Shown here piece after piece: positions 15,306-20,000 of a stretch of 20,000 nt of DNA (position 1 is its first letter; every line of letters begins with the position of its first letter). Source of the DNA: an uncultured virus (IMG/VR IMGVR_UViG_3300028498_000018) (lineage: Duplodnaviria; Heunggongvirae; Uroviricota; Caudoviricetes); the IMG/VR virus record IMGVR_UViG_3300028498_000018, one strand, 5' to 3'. The notes under the pieces are model-generated. The model ran no database searches and was not told the DNA's origin. It was given only the letters and a program-made list of their open reading frames with translations. The position numbers and the translations under genes are program-made.

Positions 15306-15622
15306 TGGACTCGTTCGTAGCCGTCGTGGGTTGGCTGGTCGTTCTGGGCCTGGTCACCTCTCTTGCCGCGCTCCTGTGTATCTCCGTGTTCTACGGCGCG
15401 ATGATACTGGTGGACGCGATGAAGGAACGCGGGGAGCACGAAGCCCGCACCCGTTTGTACCAGCAATTCATCAGCGCGTCGCACTGGTTCAGCGAACACC
15501 CGCCAACAAGTAGGCTAATGCGGGCACACGCAGACCACCTCGTCCAATACTGCGGCGGGGATTTTAGTGGCCTGCGCGACGAGTGGCGCAAAGACATGAA
15601 AAAAGAAAAGGACCCGACATGA
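15302..15622 (+). CDS. Protein with N-terminal TM segment (106 aa)
   Basis: Hydrophobic residues ~5-37; ATGA overlaps. Confidence 0.7.
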   Translation: MMDSFVAVVGWLVVLGLVTSLAALLCISVFYGAMILVDAMKERGEHEARTRLYQQFISASHWFSEHPPTSRLMRAHADHLVQYCGGDFSGLRDEWRKDMKKEKDPT

Positions 15623-16470
15623 AACCCCTAGTTATCTATCACGGCAACTGCGCCGATGGATTTGCTGCCGCGTGGTGCTTCCACCACTTGCGTCCTGACG
15701 TATTTGATTTCCACCCTGGAGTGTACGGTGACCCCCCACCGGACGTAGAGGGGCGAGACGTGTTCTTGGTTGACTTCAGCTACAAGCGCGAGACCGTTGA
15801 GATCATGCTCAGCGAGGCGCTGTCGGTCACGTTGATTGACCACCACATCTCTGCGATCAGGGACCTGGAAGAGGTTCGTGGGCTCACACAGTACACAGAC
15901 ATTGAGCGCAGTGGCGCGATGCTGGCATGGGACTTCCTGAACCACAACTTCACACCTGTGAAGTTCGGCGGCACACGGGTCGAACCACCCCGCCTGCTCG
16001 AACACATCCAAGACCGCGACCTGTGGCGGTTCGCTCTGCCAATGACCCGTGAGATACAGTCAAACGTGTTCAGCCATCCGTACACCTTCGAGGTGTACGA
16101 CAAGCTCATGGCGTTGAAGGGCCTGGACCTGGCAGAGTTCGCGGCTGCTGGTGCGGCAATCGACCGGAAGCAATCGAAGGACCTGGCGGAGCTAATCCCT
16201 CAGCTGACCAGGACCATGAACATCGGCGGGCATGATGTGCCCGTTGCGAACCTCCCTTATATGATGGCCTCCGAGGCGGGAAACATGCTCAGCGTCCACC
16301 ACGCATTCGCTGGCACTTACTTCGACACCCAGACACACCGCAAGTTCTCGCTCCGCTCGCAAAAGGGCAAGCAGGACGTTAGCGTTATTGCTGTCAAGTA
16401 CGGCGGCGGAGGCCACGCCAATGCAGCGGGGTTTCAGGTCGAACGCGCTCACTATCTAGCACTATCATGA
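15619..16470 (+). CDS. DHH/DHHA1 family phosphoesterase (283 aa)
   Basis: YHGNCADG, LVDFS, LIDHH, QDRDLW, SLRS and GGGGHANAAG motifs. AAAGGA RBS before MKPLVIY. Confidence 0.92.
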   Translation: MKPLVIYHGNCADGFAAAWCFHHLRPDVFDFHPGVYGDPPPDVEGRDVFLVDFSYKRETVEIMLSEALSVTLIDHHISAIRDLEEVRGLTQYTDIERSGAMLAWDFLNHNFTPVKFGGTRVEPPRLLEHIQDRDLWRFALPMTREIQSNVFSHPYTFEVYDKLMALKGLDLAEFAAAGAAIDRKQSKDLAELIPQLTRTMNIGGHDVPVANLPYMMASEAGNMLSVHHAFAGTYFDTQTHRKFSLRSQKGKQDVSVIAVKYGGGGHANAAGFQVERAHYLALS

Positions 16471-16658
16471 GCGACACGTGTGTTGGCTGTGACAACCTTG
16501 AACTACCCAGCGATGGCGGGCATTGTTATATGTTCGCTACCGCACCTACTGACGGGTTTTGCGGCCAGCACACGGCGGTTCAGAGGGCTATACGGTCCTC
16601 CCCCACACTGACCAAAATAATTCTGTCGGCAGCGGTGCTGGCGGCAATACGAAGGTGA
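16467..16658 (+). CDS. Small Cys/His protein, possible metal-binding (63 aa)
   Basis: CVGC...HC...CGQH pattern. Confidence 0.6.
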   Translation: MSDTCVGCDNLELPSDGGHCYMFATAPTDGFCGQHTAVQRAIRSSPTLTKIILSAAVLAAIRR

Positions 16659-16665
16659 AACCAAA

Positions 16666-16881
16666 ATGAAAACAATTGATATAGTTTTGTTACTGCTTGC
16701 AACAATAAGTGCAACTGCGTTCATATTTAGCATGATGATAGACACCCTCTATATGAAAATGCGAAGAGAACCGCACGCTATTTTTGACGTGCTTCTTTTT
16801 GGTAGCGCGGCTTTAACAATAGTTGGAGTGCTAGGCTTGGCATGGGTTGGAGTTGCCAGGGCGATAGGTTGTATGGTATGA
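16666..16881 (+). CDS. Two-TM membrane protein (71 aa)
   Basis: Two hydrophobic segments; AAGGTG RBS. Confidence 0.7.
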   Translation: MKTIDIVLLLLATISATAFIFSMMIDTLYMKMRREPHAIFDVLLFGSAALTIVGVLGLAWVGVARAIGCMV

Positions 16882-17225
16882 ACCAGCTTGAGATAGAGTT
16901 TGTGGCCCAGAGGCCGAACAGACTTGTGCGGGTGAGCAGGCCCTATTCAGCAGGCGGCAAAGTGTTTACGTTTGACGTGCATAGTACGGCGGGCGAATAC
17001 TTACCCAAATCAAGGTTTAAGTTTTTGTACGTGGTTGAGTACATGCCGAGGCTAAAGTGTCATAGAGTCCGGCGCGGTGTTCCTCTTGGTAGCCACGGGT
17101 GGGTGAACAATGACTTTATAAGTCTCAGTAAGCACTGGAACAAACACGTCGACACGCCCTCAATGAGTGATGCGATGTCGGTACTCGAAGACATGATTAG
17201 CGAAGAGGTAATGAAATGGAAGTGA
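16878..17225 (+). CDS. Hypothetical protein (~115 aa)
   Basis: MNQLEIEF...; ATGA overlap. Confidence 0.7.
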   Translation: MNQLEIEFVAQRPNRLVRVSRPYSAGGKVFTFDVHSTAGEYLPKSRFKFLYVVEYMPRLKCHRVRRGVPLGSHGWVNNDFISLSKHWNKHVDTPSMSDAMSVLEDMISEEVMKWK

Positions 17226-17932
17226 ATTGCGACCTTATGAAACGGGTTATAGAAATTCTTGAAGGGTATGACGATGCAGGGCCTTACGATATTGGTGGTG
17301 CCCCCAGCGATACGCAGGAAGTCACCAGCGAGCTGAAGGATTTGTTGGCCGCTGACCCAGTGAGCAGTCTTATGTCTGTCCTCTATGAAAAACGAACGGA
17401 AAGCTTCGTAATTAAGTACCGCAACAAGCGAGGCGACCCAGTAATAAACGGCAATGGGTTCAATGACATCGTGGTTGGCGGTCCATATGGTCTGGTCGAG
17501 GGGGTTAGCGGGCCTGAAGGTCAGGCTGAGAAATTTATCAATTGGGTTAATGGGCATATCGTTCGGCCTTATTTGATCGAAGCCCATGAATACCGCTCCA
17601 AGAACAAAGCCGCTGATCGTTGCAGGGCAGTGGCCAACTATTATGGACAACGAAGATCAGCACTACCCGAGCCTTGTGAAGAGCGGTCATGGTGTATTGC
17701 TTCGGAGCAAGCCGCAGATAAATGTATAAAGGCCGTGCTTGGTAAGCCCGACGAAGATATTTTTGGTAGCCTGCCAGCTAGCTCGTTCATAATTACGGTA
17801 GACGACACCAACGAAAACATTACTGTGACTGGCAACGGGTTTAAAGTAGCCCTCAACGGAGCAAACGAGCGCGATAAGATTGCCAACTTATTCAGGTGGA
17901 TCAACCGCCAGATTGAAAAGGCTCACGAGTGA
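17216..17932 (+). CDS. Hypothetical protein (238 aa)
   Basis: GAGG RBS; GTGA overlap with the polymerase start. Confidence 0.75.
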   Translation: MEVNCDLMKRVIEILEGYDDAGPYDIGGAPSDTQEVTSELKDLLAADPVSSLMSVLYEKRTESFVIKYRNKRGDPVINGNGFNDIVVGGPYGLVEGVSGPEGQAEKFINWVNGHIVRPYLIEAHEYRSKNKAADRCRAVANYYGQRRSALPEPCEERSWCIASEQAADKCIKAVLGKPDEDIFGSLPASSFIITVDDTNENITVTGNGFKVALNGANERDKIANLFRWINRQIEKAHE

Positions 17933-20000
17933 TCATCGTTGGCCTGGACGTTGAGTCCTACTATAAGATGGGCGAGTTCGGACTCAGGTCTCACACAACC
18001 GAGGAGTACATCCGAGACCCACGGTTCGAGGCCATCTGCATCTCGATCAAGATCGGGGACGCACCTGTTATCGTGTACGACCAACCAGACATCGTGCGGG
18101 GGCTCGACACTATCCCCTGGGATCAGGCTCTTCTCACGGCGCACAACTGCGCATGGGACGCGGCCGTGTGCAGCTTCATCTACGACCGAGTGCCGAAGGC
18201 GTATGCCTGCACCCTGTCGATTGCTCGGGCACTGGGCCAGAACCTGTACGGCGGGGCGTCCCTTGGTGCGCAGGTGAAAGTGGCAAACATGTTTGGCGCT
18301 GATCTACCTGAGAAGGACAACGAGATCGTTGGTGAGTTCAACGGCTACAGGCGCAATAACTTTAACGCGGACCAGATCGCACGATACATGCACTATTGCG
18401 GCGACGACACGATCAGCACGGTTGGCTTGCTGCACTTCTACTGTGACGTGCTGGGGTTCCCATCATTTGAATTGCAGGCGTGCTCTGAGGTCATAGACAT
18501 GTTCGCCCGACCACGGCTGCGCCTGGACAAGCAACTGCTTGCTGATCGCCTTGTAGCAGTGCGTAATCGCCGGGATTCACTATTGCAGCGGCTGGGTGTA
18601 ACCATCGCACAGATCCGTAGTGACTCAGTGTTCGCCAACCTGCTGATGGACGCGGGCGTTGATCCCCCAACCAAGCTGTCTCCGAAGAGGAAGGACGACA
18701 AAGGTAACCCGCTTGAGGTGTATGCGTTCGCTAAGTCTGACGAGGGCTTTGTCGCGCTTCAGTCACACGATAGCGACCTGGTTCAATCCCTGGTGGCGGC
18801 ACGACTGAAGGCGAAGTCAACGCTCGAAGAGGGTAGGATGACCCGGCTGATAGGCGTTGCCTCTCGCGGCCTGTTGCCTATGCCCTACCAATACTACGCT
18901 GCACACACGGGCAGGGTTGCATCAATGGGTGGGTCAAAGATCAACGTGGCGAACATGCCGCGCCCAGTCAACCCCACCAAGCTGGATGAGGGGATGATCG
19001 TCAAGATGGGCACTGAGTACCCGGCGATCTCTCTCATCAACAACACCGGCACGAAGTTCATGATCGACGGCAGTGACGAGGTGTTCTTCTCGAAGAAGTT
19101 CAAGCTCGCCGGGTTGCGCGACTGCATCGTGGCCCCGAAGGGCGAGCTGCTGGTGGTGGCTGACTCCTCACAGATCGAGGCCCGCATCCTGGCCTGGATC
19201 ACACAGGAAGAGTATCTTCTCGAACTGTTCAGGAAGTTCAATGCGGACCCGAAGGGCGAAGAGGACACGTATACAACCCTGGCGTCTGACATCTACGGCG
19301 TGCGGGTTACGAAGGACGACAAAGACAAACGGTTCGTGGGCAAGGAGGCGCGACTCGGGCTCGGGTATCAGATGGGTTGGGCCGAGTTCCAGCGCACGAT
19401 CAAAGTCAAGACAAGGCTCGACCTTGATGACGAGTTCTGCAAGGGTGTCGTGGCGGTGTATCGCGCAGTCAACCCGATGACCACTGCGTTCTGGAAGCGG
19501 GCCAGTAACGCGTTGCAACAACTGATCGACGGCGAGGCTGTCGACCTGGGGCGACCCGGCATGGCGATAGCGCTGCCCGCGAGCGACAAGGACCCGATGC
19601 CGCGTATCCAGCTGCCGAACGGCATGTGCTTGCGCTACCCCGGGCTGGACGTGGAGCGAGGCGAGCGTGGCAAGAAATACTTCTACATGCAGGCCAAAGG
19701 AAAGAACCAAGTCAAGTCCAACATCTACGGCGGCAAGATGACTGAGGGCATATGTCAAGCATCAGCGCGAATAGTTATCACAGACCAGTGGCTTCGGATC
19801 AAGAAGCGTGCTATTAAGGAAGGCATCAGTGCCCGGTCCCCGATTGTCGGCCACACCTATGACGAGATCATAGGCTCTGTGAAAGCAGAGATGGCTACCG
19901 ACTTCATGGGGATCATGGTCGAAGAGATGTCAAAGGCACCGAGCTTCATGCCCGGTATCCCAGTGGCCTGTGAAGCAGGCATATCAGAACGTTATGGAGA
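17929..20000 (+). CDS. polA: Family A DNA polymerase with 3'-5' exonuclease domain (runs off the window, nearly complete)
   Basis: GTG at 17929, open to the window end. ExoI LDVES, ExoII AHNCAWD, ExoIII YCGDD; HTGR; motif A ADSSQIEARILAW; motif B RFVGKEARLGLGYQMG; motif C HTYDE. Confidence 0.95.
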   Translation, partial: MIIVGLDVESYYKMGEFGLRSHTTEEYIRDPRFEAICISIKIGDAPVIVYDQPDIVRGLDTIPWDQALLTAHNCAWDAAVCSFIYDRVPKAYACTLSIARALGQNLYGGASLGAQVKVANMFGADLPEKDNEIVGEFNGYRRNNFNADQIARYMHYCGDDTISTVGLLHFYCDVLGFPSFELQACSEVIDMFARPRLRLDKQLLADRLVAVRNRRDSLLQRLGVTIAQIRSDSVFANLLMDAGVDPPTKLSPKRKDDKGNPLEVYAFAKSDEGFVALQSHDSDLVQSLVAARLKAKSTLEEGRMTRLIGVASRGLLPMPYQYYAAHTGRVASMGGSKINVANMPRPVNPTKLDEGMIVKMGTEYPAISLINNTGTKFMIDGSDEVFFSKKFKLAGLRDCIVAPKGELLVVADSSQIEARILAWITQEEYLLELFRKFNADPKGEEDTYTTLASDIYGVRVTKDDKDKRFVGKEARLGLGYQMGWAEFQRTIKVKTRLDLDDEFCKGVVAVYRAVNPMTTAFWKRASNALQQLIDGEAVDLGRPGMAIALPASDKDPMPRIQLPNGMCLRYPGLDVERGERGKKYFYMQAKGKNQVKSNIYGGKMTEGICQASARIVITDQWLRIKKRAIKEGISARSPIVGHTYDEIIGSVKAEMATDFMGIMVEEMSKAPSFMPGIPVACEAGISERYG

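Noticed and set aside
18961..19110. Intein or intron in polA
   Set aside because: Too short, lacks Cys/Ser start and His-Asn end, and the frame is uninterrupted.
17939..19758. ORFs listed in the track over 17.9-19.8 kb
   Set aside because: Shadow frames of the polA gene, which the track missed because it has no stop within the window.

Overview
Segment of a tailed dsDNA bacteriophage genome (Caudoviricetes) with two divergent arms. The left arm (minus strand, 1-3977) is the start of the packaging operon: four hypotheticals, terminase large subunit, then a probable portal N-terminus. A ~1.35 kb non-coding region (3978-5330) holds a G/C-tract pac/cos-like segment and three families of short repeated sites, and is a candidate genome end and/or replication origin. 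The right arm (plus strand, 5331-20000) is a long early/middle region of ~38 mostly small, tightly coupled genes. It begins with a T3-0.3-like SAM lyase candidate and includes a tandem paralog pair, a MORN/YwqK-like protein, a ParB-like protein, an HTH protein, a DHH/DHHA1 phosphoesterase and a family A DNA polymerase (absent from the ORF track because it runs off the window). The most striking unexplained structure is a three-layer set of repeated intergenic elements that makes the early region look like an array of gene cassettes: (i) a GGGTTTNCCCTA-N23-[-10] promoter, 3 copies; (ii) a covarying bulged RNA hairpin plus RBS tail, 3 copies; (iii) a 30-nt near-identical translation-start repeat, 3 copies. 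The polymerase also carries unusual substitutions at residues that contact DNA. The 100-N gap at 8240-8339 is an assembly artifact. All protein calls come from motif recognition by eye; no searches were run.
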